Source: a virus
IMG/VR virus record: IMGVR_UViG_3300033145_002388
Coordinates: 1 to 64,000 of that record
DNA length: 64,000 nucleotides
Direction: 5' to 3' (one strand)
Notes under the pieces: generated by a model
Database searches by the model: none
The model's input: the letters and a program-made list of their open reading frames with translations, nothing else
What the model was told of the DNA's origin: nothing
Position numbers and translations under genes: made by a program
Part shown: positions 8,786-17,715 of the stretch, piece after piece
How positions within the stretch are numbered: position 1 is the stretch's first letter
How the letters are laid out: every line of letters begins with the position of its first letter

Positions 8786-9038
8786 AACTACAGATCTTAA
8801 TCTTGCTACGTCCTTGACAGTAGTTGGAGTTCAAATTAAGGAAGTTACCTATGAAGATTCTCAACGAGTTTGTTTTCATTTTGAATTTACTCAAGAATTA
8901 AAAAAATTAGTTAGTGATTTTCGTTTAGACAAATTAATGCTTCCAGCTCAAAGTCTTTTAATTAAATATCGTCAGCTTAAGGCAATAGTTAAGGAAATTA
9001 AAAAAGAAGAAATGAATTTTAATCATTCTCGGAAATAA
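8766..9038 (+). CDS. DUF5659-like small protein
   Basis: YKTTDLNLATSL..RVCFHF pattern recognised from memory. Confidence 0.55.
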   Translation: MTYMDYKTTDLNLATSLTVVGVQIKEVTYEDSQRVCFHFEFTQELKKLVSDFRLDKLMLPAQSLLIKYRQLKAIVKEIKKEEMNFNHSRK

Positions 9039-9045
9039 TTTCCGA
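9029..9045. repeat. 17-bp palindrome copy 1 (TCGGAAATAATTTCCGA)
   Basis: Perfect 8-1-8 inverted repeat spanning the stop codon of 8766..9038. Confidence 0.85.
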
Positions 9046-9061
9046 ATTTTAAAATTAAAAT

Positions 9062-11782
9062 ATGTTTGAAGAAGAAGATGAAATTTATTTAGAAATATTA
9101 AATTCTCCAATAGATTCTGGTCCTAAACCTAAAGATTTAATTAAGATCAAAGCAAAAGAATTATCAGAAAAATTTGGAACTGTAGATATTATTTTTGTTA
9201 GATTTAATCTAAAAGAAGTTGAAGAAAAAGCTTTAGTAGAATTGAAAAAAAATACTATCTATCCTTTTAATTTAATTGATCATGATAATTATAAAAAGAA
9301 AGAAAAACTGTCTTCTTTATGGAATCGACTAATTAAAAACTCTAAAGCAAAATATATTTGTCTTTTAAATACTGATGCTTTTGTTACCGAAGGTTGGCTT
9401 ACAGAAATAATGGAAGCTTTTAATGATGATAAAGTAGCTGCAGTTGGGCCGTCAGGAGATAAGGTGGGTGGGATTCAACGCACTTTAAGAACACTTCAAG
9501 ATGCTAATGAGCATAAAAATTCATATGTAGAACTTAAAGGAAGAGACAATTTATCGGGTTTTTGTTTTGTTCTTAAGAAAAGTGTGTCTGATGAAATAGG
9601 GGGATTTCCAAAAGAAGTACCGTTTTATGGTGGAGAACATGCTTGGGACATTAAAGCAAAAGAAGCTGGTTATAAATTAATTTGGGCTCAAGGCGCATTT
9701 GTTTATCATCTTTCAGAAGCTTCTGCAAAAAATGAAGGAATTGATAAAAAATTAAGAGACGAAGCTGCTCAACAATATTTAAAATGGATAGTAAAAAGAA
9801 TTCCTATTTTAATGGTTACTTATAATCGTTTAGCATATACTAAACAAAGTCTTAAAACTTTAATTAAATTTTATCCAAAAAATCAAATAATAATTTGGGA
9901 TAATCATTCTACAGATGGAACAATTAAATGGTTAAGGGGTCAAGCCAAGATTCATAAAAATTTAAAAGTTTTTTATTCTAAGAAAAATTTTGGCTCTGCC
10001 TATGCCACTAATGAATTTATAAAAAAATTTAAAAATAAAGAGTTTTTTGCAATTCTTAATAATGATACTCTGATTTATAAAGACTGGTTAAAAAATTTAG
10101 CTATCATTATGATTAATGATAAAGTAGATATTTTATCTCCTATTCATGAAGATCTTATTGGAGAGCAATCTTTTGAAAATAAAAAGAAAAATTTTAGAAA
10201 AACAAATAGAATAATTTTTACAGATTATGTTTCAGGAACTGGATCTTTAATAAGAGGCTGTGTTTTAGAAGGCAAAATTCCAGAATCTGAATTTGGTTTT
10301 TGTGATTGGAAACAGTATTTTAGGAATAATCCTAATATTCTCAGAGGCTATGCATTTAAAGAACGAGTAAAATTATTAGACATGAAAGATAATTACTTGC
10401 CAGATTATAAAAAATTTCCATCTTATTATAAAGCAACTGGAAAAATTGAATCTAAAATGAATAGAACAGTTTCTACTGAAGTTACTTTTAATACAATTAA
10501 AGAAGGTTTGAATAAAGATAGGTTTGCTTATTTAAGATTTGGAGATGGGGAACTTTTAATGATAGATGATCCAAATTTTAAAGGAACAAAGCGGTGCCAA
10601 TATAAATCAAATCGTTTAGTAGAAGAACTAACAGAATCATTTAAAATTAAAAGTGATAATTATTTAATAGGAAATATGGCTGGAGTAATTAATGAACCGA
10701 ATATGGAACCGGGACTATTTGCTAGTTTTGATACTAATGATTTTTTAAAAAAGATAACTTCAAAATTTCATAAAAATAAAAAGTTTTATAATCCAATAAC
10801 ATTACATTATTATTCAGTATTTAAACAAGATGAATTTATTAATCTAGTTAATTTAATTAATACTAAAAAAGTTGGTTTTGTTGGTTCGATTAAAATTGAT
10901 CAATTAATAGATATTTTTAAAATTGAAGAATTTGTAAAAATTCCTCCTACTCAATCATATAATACTTTTGAAACATGGTATCCTAAAGTAGAAGCAATGG
11001 CTGAAAAGGTAGATATTATTTTATTTAGCGCGGGGATGTCAGCTAATGTTGCTCAGAAAAGATTATGGAAAAAAAATATTCCTATTATTACGCTTGATTT
11101 AGGAAGTGTTATCGAAGCTTTGATTCTTACTAGTGCTGATGAACACACTTGGCTAAAAAAAGCCAAATCACAAATAGATCGATTAAGATCTAAATTTAAA
11201 AAAACTCCCCTTGTTTCAATTCTAATTCCTAATAAGAAAGGAAGAGAAATAACTAGCATTGGTTCAATCAAGGCTCAATCATATAAGAATATAGAATTTG
11301 TAGTTTCTGTTGATGGGGGCCATGGAAAGAATTGGGCTATTAATCAGAAACAACCTTTGCTTAGTGGAAAATATTTATTTGTTTGCGATGATGATATAAT
11401 CCTTAACCATGATTGTATTGAAAAGATGGTTAAAGTTTTAGAACAAAATGAAAATATTTCCTTTGTTTACTGTGATTATATCAGATTAGGTTCTAAATCA
11501 GGAATTTTAAAATCTGAGCCTTTTTCAGTTGAACAATTAAAAAATCATAATTATATTAGTGAAATGTCTTTGGTAAGAATGAAAGATACGGTAATAAGAG
11601 ATGAATCAATTAAAAAGTATACTGATTGGGATTTTTGGAGAACCCTAGTTGATAATGGAAAAATAGGTTATTATATTCCCGAAACATTATTTGCAGCATA
11701 TTATGGAAAAGATTGTCTTTCTAATATGTCAAAGGAAGAAACTAAAAAATGGTTTGATATTATACAATTAAAACATAATTAG
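9062..11782 (+). CDS. multidomain glycosyltransferase GT2-GT2-GT-D(DUF1792-like)-GT2
   Basis: CLLNTD; LMVTYNR..WDNHSTDGT..LNND; RFAYLRFGDGEL..SAGMSANV..LDLGS (GT-D-like); PLVSILIP..VCDDDI..DWDFW. Confidence 0.85.
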   Translation: MFEEEDEIYLEILNSPIDSGPKPKDLIKIKAKELSEKFGTVDIIFVRFNLKEVEEKALVELKKNTIYPFNLIDHDNYKKKEKLSSLWNRLIKNSKAKYICLLNTDAFVTEGWLTEIMEAFNDDKVAAVGPSGDKVGGIQRTLRTLQDANEHKNSYVELKGRDNLSGFCFVLKKSVSDEIGGFPKEVPFYGGEHAWDIKAKEAGYKLIWAQGAFVYHLSEASAKNEGIDKKLRDEAAQQYLKWIVKRIPILMVTYNRLAYTKQSLKTLIKFYPKNQIIIWDNHSTDGTIKWLRGQAKIHKNLKVFYSKKNFGSAYATNEFIKKFKNKEFFAILNNDTLIYKDWLKNLAIIMINDKVDILSPIHEDLIGEQSFENKKKNFRKTNRIIFTDYVSGTGSLIRGCVLEGKIPESEFGFCDWKQYFRNNPNILRGYAFKERVKLLDMKDNYLPDYKKFPSYYKATGKIESKMNRTVSTEVTFNTIKEGLNKDRFAYLRFGDGELLMIDDPNFKGTKRCQYKSNRLVEELTESFKIKSDNYLIGNMAGVINEPNMEPGLFASFDTNDFLKKITSKFHKNKKFYNPITLHYYSVFKQDEFINLVNLINTKKVGFVGSIKIDQLIDIFKIEEFVKIPPTQSYNTFETWYPKVEAMAEKVDIILFSAGMSANVAQKRLWKKNIPIITLDLGSVIEALILTSADEHTWLKKAKSQIDRLRSKFKKTPLVSILIPNKKGREITSIGSIKAQSYKNIEFVVSVDGGHGKNWAINQKQPLLSGKYLFVCDDDIILNHDCIEKMVKVLEQNENISFVYCDYIRLGSKSGILKSEPFSVEQLKNHNYISEMSLVRMKDTVIRDESIKKYTDWDFWRTLVDNGKIGYYIPETLFAAYYGKDCLSNMSKEETKKWFDIIQLKHN

Positions 11783-11841
11783 AAAAAAAATCCAAATGCT
11801 TTAAAATTTTGGAATAAAGTTAAATTATTTAAATAAATAAA

Positions 11842-12459
11842 ATGGAAGAATTAAAACAAAGTAATCAATTAGAATGGACAGGTGAACGAGTTATTGAAGA
11901 AAAAATGCAAGATAAGGATCCAATAGAAAATGCTCGTTTAAAAAAAATCCTATATCAACACTTGGCTCGATATCATTTTGCAGCTAGTTATTGTTTTGAA
12001 AAATCTATATTAGATGCTGCTTGCGGAAGTGGTTATGGAACTGAATTGTTAGGAAAACTTTCCTCTAAAATATTAGGAGTGGATAATGATGAAAAAACAA
12101 TTGAATACGCAGAAAATTATAGAACAAGTAAAGTTAAATTTGAAGTTTGTGATTTAGAAAAAGATTTTCCCCAAGGAGAATTCGATACCATAATTTCATT
12201 TGAAACAATAGAACATTTAAAAGACCCTAATTTATTTTTATCAAACGTAGCTAAACATTGTAAAACTTTTATATTTTCTATTCCACTTAATAATAAAAGT
12301 CAATTTCATCTTGGAGTATATAATTTAATCGAGGCTCAAGAACTAATTGGAAAATATTTTAAAAATGTTACTTGGTATAAACAATCAGATATTATTATAG
12401 AATCTTTGTCTGAACCTACAGATAAGTGTAGATTTTTAATTGGTGTAACTAAAATATAA
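11842..12459 (+). CDS. class I SAM-dependent methyltransferase
   Basis: WTGER, HLARYHFA, LDAACGSGYG, SFETIEHL. Confidence 0.9.
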   Translation: MEELKQSNQLEWTGERVIEEKMQDKDPIENARLKKILYQHLARYHFAASYCFEKSILDAACGSGYGTELLGKLSSKILGVDNDEKTIEYAENYRTSKVKFEVCDLEKDFPQGEFDTIISFETIEHLKDPNLFLSNVAKHCKTFIFSIPLNNKSQFHLGVYNLIEAQELIGKYFKNVTWYKQSDIIIESLSEPTDKCRFLIGVTKI

Positions 12460-12998
12460 TGGCATTAAGAAGATTATTGGGTTATTCTCATGGAACCTTT
12501 TTGGGTGGAGAGCTTTGTTGTTCTCAGGCTGAATTAAATTTATGGGAGAAAATTTTAACTAAGTATGATTTTAAAAGAATCTTAAATTTTGGAACATGGA
12601 AAGGCGAACATGCTCTATTCCTTTTATTATTTTGTATTAAGAAAAAAGCTGAATTTTTAACTTATGATAATCTATCTGGTGGAAATTATATTGATTGTCC
12701 AGTTAAACAAGTTTTAGATTTTAAAAAGCATACAGTAATTGTAGATATATTTGCAGAGATTGGAAAAGAAAAGCAACCAATTCGAGATAAGATAAAAGAA
12801 CCAGGCAGAACAATTTTATTTTGTGATGATGGAAATAAAACTTCAGAATTTCGTTTATTTTCCCCCCATCTTAAAATAAATGATATAGTAGCAATTCATG
12901 ATTGGAAACAACAAGTAGATCCAGAAGTAGTAGATACTTCTAATTTTAGAGAGATAGGATCAGTAGACAAAGTCATATTCTTTTTAAAAATAAAATAA
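12459..12998 (+). CDS. Methyltransf_24/CmcI-like methyltransferase-fold protein
   Basis: ILNFGTWKG, LFCDDGNK, IVAIHD. Confidence 0.65.
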   Translation: MALRRLLGYSHGTFLGGELCCSQAELNLWEKILTKYDFKRILNFGTWKGEHALFLLLFCIKKKAEFLTYDNLSGGNYIDCPVKQVLDFKKHTVIVDIFAEIGKEKQPIRDKIKEPGRTILFCDDGNKTSEFRLFSPHLKINDIVAIHDWKQQVDPEVVDTSNFREIGSVDKVIFFLKIK

Positions 12999-13006
12999 CT
13001 TAAATT

Positions 13007-13261
13007 ATGAAATTTACTTTAGAAGAAAAAAATCAAATTAAATTAGAACTTTTAAAAGCTTTCTGGAAAGAAGTAAATGCTATACATATCCGTAATAAAG
13101 TTGAGTTTAGACAATTAAGTCAGGATTCAATGGTAATTTCAGATTCTGAAGCTCTTAAAGGCTTAGTAGAAAGAAAATCTAGAGCAAGAATCGCAAAAGA
13201 AACTACTGCAACGACCTTAAAATTAATCGAAGACGAAATCGAAAATTTATTTAAAGTCTAA
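13007..13261 (+). CDS. hypothetical coiled-coil protein
   Basis: 84-aa ORF, last gene before terminator. Confidence 0.65.
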   Translation: MKFTLEEKNQIKLELLKAFWKEVNAIHIRNKVEFRQLSQDSMVISDSEALKGLVERKSRARIAKETTATTLKLIEDEIENLFKV

Positions 13262-13285
13262 AGTAGCGAAAGCTACGTCGCCATT

Positions 13286-13320
13286 AGAACCATCCCCCTC
13301 CAGATGGTTCTTTTGGTTTT
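13286..13320 (+). terminator. intrinsic terminator
   Basis: AGAACCATC-CCCCTCCA-GATGGTTCT followed by TTTGGTTTT; preceded by GNRA hairpin GTAGC-GAAA-GCTAC (13263-13276). Confidence 0.75.
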
Positions 13321-13360
13321 CCCCCTTCTTCTAACTAATAGGATTAGTATAAGATTAATT

Positions 13361-13452
13361 AATTACTCTGGTAGGGGGGTGAGCAAAAACTGACAATTAC
13401 TGGCAGGGGCGAGTAATTACTGGTAATTATTGATAATTACTGGCAGGGGCGA
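13361..13452. repeat. phased direct repeats (iteron-like) in non-coding region
   Basis: AATTACTGGCAGGGGCGA at 13395 and 13435; AATTAY at 13395/13415/13425/13435 (10-bp phase); variant AATTACTCTGGTAGGGGGG at 13361. Confidence 0.75.
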
Positions 13453-13656
13453 ATACTCTATCAATTATTTATATATAGGGGTCTGGGGGGGAATTTATTT
13501 TGAGAAAGTAGAATATTAATATATATATTACAGGGCCCGGCCTCTACGGATTATCTTGCCATCTGCTCCATTCCATTCCGCAGATTGGCTCGCTATCCTT
13601 TAAAGAACTATGGTGATACACATAAAGTTGAATTTAATTTATTTAACTTTAATCTT

Positions 13657-13848
13657 ATGACATTCTTTATTTTTCTCGACCGTAAATATATCGGCAAGAG
13701 TAGGACTTGGGAGGAAGCGGAAATGAACGTTAGGTTTAGTATCTATGCAAAGTTTTTGAACGGTACATACAAAGGAACTATTCCCAAGTCAAAAGAAGAA
13801 TTTAATAGCTTTTTCAGAAATAAGGGCTATGAAATTTTTTGCTATTAA
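13657..13848 (+). CDS. hypothetical protein
   Basis: ORF 13585..13848; ATG 13657 after AT-rich leader preferred. Confidence 0.5.
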   Translation: MTFFIFLDRKYIGKSRTWEEAEMNVRFSIYAKFLNGTYKGTIPKSKEEFNSFFRNKGYEIFCY

Positions 13849-13867
13849 TTTGTTTAAATAATTGCTT

Positions 13868-14089
13868 ATGAAGCTAGAGTTTATGCCTGAACCGCTTAAA
13901 GATGCTCCTCTTCAAGCGGTGGGTAAGATCAAGGTTAGAGACAATTATGACTCTGACAAGCCTATTTTATTAGGTGAGGGGAACCTGCCCCAAGGATTAG
14001 TCACCTTGGAAGGCGGGGAAAAGTTTCAAGTTTTTATCCTATCAGATAAAATTATCTTGGAGCTTTATGATAATAAAAAAAGTTTATGA
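13868..14089 (+). CDS. hypothetical protein
   Basis: ATG 13868; ATGA overlap with next gene. Confidence 0.6.
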   Translation: MKLEFMPEPLKDAPLQAVGKIKVRDNYDSDKPILLGEGNLPQGLVTLEGGEKFQVFILSDKIILELYDNKKSL

Positions 14090-14349
14090 AGTTAAATTTT
14101 AGTTCTTCAAAAAAAGATTCTTGGGTTAGAGTTGGTTCAGGTTGGGACCATAGAATGGACGGTAAAGCAATTGCACAGGATGGAATTAGTATTACTATCG
14201 GGAATGGTTTAGAAGCGGACAAGAAAACTCCTAAAAAATGTGAGCTTATTTTAAAGGAAGGTGACAGATTAATGGTATTTAAGAATTCTAATGTCACAGG
14301 AAAAGGCCCCACTCATAGATTAATGGTAAATACTGAGTCAAAGAAATAG
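14086..14349 (+). CDS. DUF736-like small beta protein (possible ssDNA-binding)
   Basis: WVRVGSGW..GISITI..LMVFKN..GPTHRL pattern. Confidence 0.45.
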   Translation: MKLNFSSSKKDSWVRVGSGWDHRMDGKAIAQDGISITIGNGLEADKKTPKKCELILKEGDRLMVFKNSNVTGKGPTHRLMVNTESKK

Positions 14350-14356
14350 ATTTATA

Positions 14357-14404
14357 GGGGGGAAAGCGATAAAGTTTCGTTTTCCTCCCATATTTCTTCT
14401 TTTA
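14357..14404 (+). terminator. intrinsic terminator
   Basis: GGGGGGAAAGCGA-loop-TCGTTTTCCTCCC followed by T-rich tract. Confidence 0.65.
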
Positions 14405-14520
14405 TTTCTATTTAAAAGGATTCCCTTTCACTACGTATGAGAACTATTCCGTTCCACTCAAACTTGAAAATAAACTTCTTACGCTAGTCGAACGTAAGTT
14501 TTAAGTAATCTTAATACTAT

Positions 14521-14733
14521 ATGCTTATGAAAAATAAGTTTTGGCCTCTTTTAAATGATAAAGAGGTAGGAAGGCGCGCAGCAATAGAGAATGTACGTGC
14601 AGGTTTTGGGCTGCACGATAAGCCCAAGCATCTAAAGCATAGAAAGAGTTTGGCTAGATGGTGTTTTGACGGGTTTTATCTGTGTTGTTTGTTGATTCTT
14701 TTATTGTTTTTGTTTGTTGCTTTCATGCTATGA
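14521..14733 (+). CDS. hypothetical protein with C-terminal TM helix
   Basis: LCCLLILLLFLFVAFML at C-terminus. Confidence 0.55.
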   Translation: MLMKNKFWPLLNDKEVGRRAAIENVRAGFGLHDKPKHLKHRKSLARWCFDGFYLCCLLILLLFLFVAFML

Positions 14734-14879
14734 TGTGTAGTTTAAGGGTTTTTTGTACCGTCCACGTACATACAAGTAAGTTCTTTCTAATTAATTTATT
14801 AATATTATCTCTTTATATGGGATGGTAAAGAAAAGAGGGGAAAATTACTCTATATAGGAGATAATAAGGGGAAAAATGT

Positions 14880-15095
14880 ATGGAAATTATTATTTTTATT
14901 TTGGTACTAATTCTGCTTCGTGTAAGTAGATTAACCTACACGAAGTATATGAAGTTAATGTTTTATCGTCTTCTTGACACTGCTAAGATGGAAGCGGGAG
15001 AAAAAACTTGTATACGATATCAAGTTAGTCGGCTTGATACTCGTTTTAAAGATTTAATTAGTTACAAAAAATGGAGAAAATGGAAGAAAAAATAA
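14880..15095 (+). CDS. hypothetical membrane-anchored protein
   Basis: N-terminal hydrophobic stretch; purine-rich leader. Confidence 0.55.
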   Translation: MEIIIFILVLILLRVSRLTYTKYMKLMFYRLLDTAKMEAGEKTCIRYQVSRLDTRFKDLISYKKWRKWKKK

Positions 15096-15484
15096 CTCAA
15101 CAAGAAGTCCAAATTTGGTTAGCAAGTATTGGTGTAAATACGCCTATGGATAATTGGAATTTAAGTAATCGAGCAATTGTTAAAGCTATTTATGTTGATT
15201 ATTTGTATGGGAGAAAACAAATTTTTAAGCTAGAAAATTTAATGGCAGAGGTAAGAGTTAGATTAATAAGAGAAATTGGATTTAGTAGTCTTAAAAATGT
15301 GTATTATGACTGGAGAGGTATAGTTTTTGATACGCCTCAGGAGAATCTGAAGCCTCGTTATAGAGAGTTTTGGGATATTTGCGCACATTATGGTGTTTCT
15401 GATGAAAAACAGCTGAAAAGGGATGAAAATAATCAAATTAATCTTAAAGCTAATGACTATTTCAAAAAAATTAAGAGAACTTAG
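15071..15484 (+). CDS. hypothetical protein
   Basis: 137-aa ORF overlapping neighbours. Confidence 0.65.
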   Translation: MEKMEEKITQQEVQIWLASIGVNTPMDNWNLSNRAIVKAIYVDYLYGRKQIFKLENLMAEVRVRLIREIGFSSLKNVYYDWRGIVFDTPQENLKPRYREFWDICAHYGVSDEKQLKRDENNQINLKANDYFKKIKRT

Positions 15485-16022
15485 GGACGAGGTTACAGCT
15501 TGTAAAATGTGTAAAGCTAGTAAGTATCGAATTAAGCCCGTAATGGGACAAGGTTCGCACGCTCCTAGGGTTATTTTTATAGGAGAAAGTCCAAGTCGAG
15601 AAGAAAATTTATCAGGTTTTTGTTCGGTACTTAAAAATCAAGTAAAAGAAACTAATTGTTATCTCTGTTATGCTATTAAATGTTTTATTCCTCAATGCCA
15701 TAATTTAACAGATGAAGTAGAAAATTGTTCTGTTTATCTACATTTTCAAATTGAACTGTTAAAACCAGATTTTATAGTTACTTTAGGTATAAATGGTATG
15801 AAAGCAATTCTTAAATTATATTCTGATTTAGAACCTGATTTGGAAAAAGATCATGGGAAAATATTTGATTTGAAATTAGATGGGGGAAAATTTGTTAAGT
15901 ATATTCCTATGAAAAGGTCTAAGATTAAAAAAGGGGGGCTAAATTTAATTTATGAAAACAAAAGGATTAGAGAAAAATTTAAAGCCGAAAAAAGGACAAC
16001 CGACAACAGTAATTACAAATAA
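15453..16022 (+). CDS. family-4 uracil-DNA glycosylase-like protein, degenerate active site
   Basis: CKMC, PVMGQG..RVIFIGESPSREE, AIKC, CSVYL.FQIELLKPDFIVTLG; lacks PFVG and HP motifs. Confidence 0.75.
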   Translation: MTISKKLRELRDEVTACKMCKASKYRIKPVMGQGSHAPRVIFIGESPSREENLSGFCSVLKNQVKETNCYLCYAIKCFIPQCHNLTDEVENCSVYLHFQIELLKPDFIVTLGINGMKAILKLYSDLEPDLEKDHGKIFDLKLDGGKFVKYIPMKRSKIKKGGLNLIYENKRIREKFKAEKRTTDNSNYK

Positions 16023-16093
16023 TAAAGGAAAAAGAATAGAAGCAGATTTTTTGGAGGTTTTACTTAATCTTAATAAATTAACTAAATAAGCAT

Positions 16094-16231
16094 ATGAAAA
16101 AAACAATTATTAAAATTATTTCTGGCATATTAACATTTTATGGAATATATTTACTTATTTCAGGTAATTTAACAAACGGATTATTAGCTATAATAGCTGG
16201 TGAAATATCTGATATTCCAAAAAATAAATAA
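16094..16231 (+). CDS. 45-aa two-TM small membrane protein
   Basis: Manually translated MKKTIIKIISGILTFYGIYLLISGNLTNGLLAIIAGEISDIPKNK. Confidence 0.5.
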   Translation: MKKTIIKIISGILTFYGIYLLISGNLTNGLLAIIAGEISDIPKNK

Positions 16232-16244
16232 ATAATTCTAATTT

Positions 16245-16457
16245 ATGAAAATATTTACATTTCATATTGATACTACTGCTTCTGTTGAGGCAAAAAATAA
16301 ACAAGAAGCAAGAAGTATTATTCAAAATGCTATTGAAAATAACAAAGAAGCAGTAAATGACGAAGCAATTATTATTGATGAAATTATTTCTGGATCACAA
16401 GTTGGAGAACTTATAAATTGGAAGGCTATCATAATTAATTTAACTAAAAATTCATGA
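16245..16457 (+). CDS. DpnD/PcfM-like small protein
   Basis: VEAKNKQEAR motif. Confidence 0.55.
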   Translation: MKIFTFHIDTTASVEAKNKQEARSIIQNAIENNKEAVNDEAIIIDEIISGSQVGELINWKAIIINLTKNS

Positions 16458-16639
16458 AACAAAAATTAAAAATGTTTACTATTAATTATTATTTTAATGG
16501 AAATGGTAAGGTTAATGTTAAAGCAAAAAATGAAGAAGAAGCAAGAGAATTATTTTTTGAGGGAAATTTTGAAAATGAAGAAGAATGGGGAGATCAATAT
16601 CAAATTGACAACATTAAAACAATTAAAGGTCTAAACTAA
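16454..16639 (+). CDS. DpnD/PcfM-like small protein (paralogue of upstream gene)
   Basis: VKAKNEEEAR motif. Confidence 0.55.
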   Translation: MKQKLKMFTINYYFNGNGKVNVKAKNEEEARELFFEGNFENEEEWGDQYQIDNIKTIKGLN

Positions 16640-16658
16640 TTAGCTTAACTAAAAATTT

Positions 16659-16826
16659 ATGAAATACATAAAAAATTTAAGCACAGGAAAAGATTTTAAT
16701 GTACAAGACGGTTGGACAAATAAAAAAATTATTATAAGAGAAATCCCCTGGTGGTGTTGGAAACCAATAATTTCTAAAAAAATTATTACTTGGGGTTGTT
16801 GGCAAATAATTTTACCTCATAAATAA
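16659..16826 (+). CDS. 55-aa Trp-rich hypothetical protein
   Basis: Manual translation; TTAACTAAAAATTTATG leader. Confidence 0.45.
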   Translation: MKYIKNLSTGKDFNVQDGWTNKKIIIREIPWWCWKPIISKKIITWGCWQIILPHK

Positions 16827-16834
16827 AGTTAATT

Positions 16835-17002
16835 ATGAAAAAAATAAATAAAGTTTTATATCAAACAGGAAGAAAATATGAAAGTAAAAGATACCCAATG
16901 ATAAGAATTGCAAATAATCATTTATTAGAAGCAGGATTTAAATATGGAAACTCAATAGAAATTAATTATAAAAAAGATATAATAATTATAAAAAAGTATT
17001 AA
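16835..17002 (+). CDS. SymE/AbrB-fold small protein (55 aa)
   Basis: YPMIRIANNHLLEAGFKYGNSIEINYKKDIIII matches SymE-like P.I.L...L.EAGF..G..I pattern. Confidence 0.6.
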   Translation: MKKINKVLYQTGRKYESKRYPMIRIANNHLLEAGFKYGNSIEINYKKDIIIIKKY

Positions 17003-17016
17003 CTAATTTAAAATTT

Positions 17017-17229
17017 ATGAAAAGATTAGCAACAATTAAAGAACTTAAAGGGAGAAAAATTTTATATTTATTAGCTATTGGACATTTAAAGCTCTATTTA
17101 AAAGAACTTTTAAGGGGAAATTCAAAACATAAAGGATCAGAGGGAAAAATGTATACTCATTTAGAATTAGCAAAAGCTAATTTTTCTCAATGGATTTTTC
17201 CTCCTCATTATAAAGATAGATTAAATTAA
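17017..17229 (+). CDS. hypothetical protein
   Basis: 70-aa ORF with conserved leader. Confidence 0.55.
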   Translation: MKRLATIKELKGRKILYLLAIGHLKLYLKELLRGNSKHKGSEGKMYTHLELAKANFSQWIFPPHYKDRLN

Positions 17230-17233
17230 ATTT

Positions 17234-17443
17234 ATGGAAAATAAAAATTTTAAACAATTTATTGTTAAAACAATATGTCGTGCTGATTTAATTAATTATT
17301 TATCAACTAAACAAATTGATAAACTTGATGATGATGATATGCAAGCTCTTGCAAGTAAAATTGGAGATAGTTTATCTGAATCTTATTGGGTTTCAGTTAA
17401 AACATTAGTAGATGAGTGTGATATTTTTGATTTAAAAGGTTAA
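17234..17443 (+). CDS. hypothetical protein
   Basis: 69-aa ORF; ICRADL..LDDDDMQALASKIGD..YW. Confidence 0.6.
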   Translation: MENKNFKQFIVKTICRADLINYLSTKQIDKLDDDDMQALASKIGDSLSESYWVSVKTLVDECDIFDLKG

Positions 17444-17453
17444 CTTTATATTT

Positions 17454-17714
17454 ATGAAATTATTTAAAGTAAAATTTAATTCTAGATTATTTGATGAAAT
17501 GAAATTACAGAAAATTCTTGAAAGAAATTCTAATCTTAAATTAGATATTTCTAGGATTAAGAATATAACTTTACAAATTGATCCTGCTTATCGATCAGGT
17601 ATTTTAATTTGTAAAAATAAAAATAAAGTCGAAGTAGTCAGAGAGCGATGTGTTCCAGTTGGTTTAGATGATATTGATAGTGATTTTGAATTGCTTTGTG
17701 AATATGAGGTATAA
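17454..17714 (+). CDS. hypothetical protein
   Basis: 86-aa ORF. Confidence 0.55.
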   Translation: MKLFKVKFNSRLFDEMKLQKILERNSNLKLDISRIKNITLQIDPAYRSGILICKNKNKVEVVRERCVPVGLDDIDSDFELLCEYEV

Positions 17715-17715
17715 T

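Noticed and set aside
13361-13452. Possible mini-CRISPR array
   Set aside because: Only two 18-bp copies with a 22-nt spacer that is itself made of the repeat hexamer; no cas genes in the window
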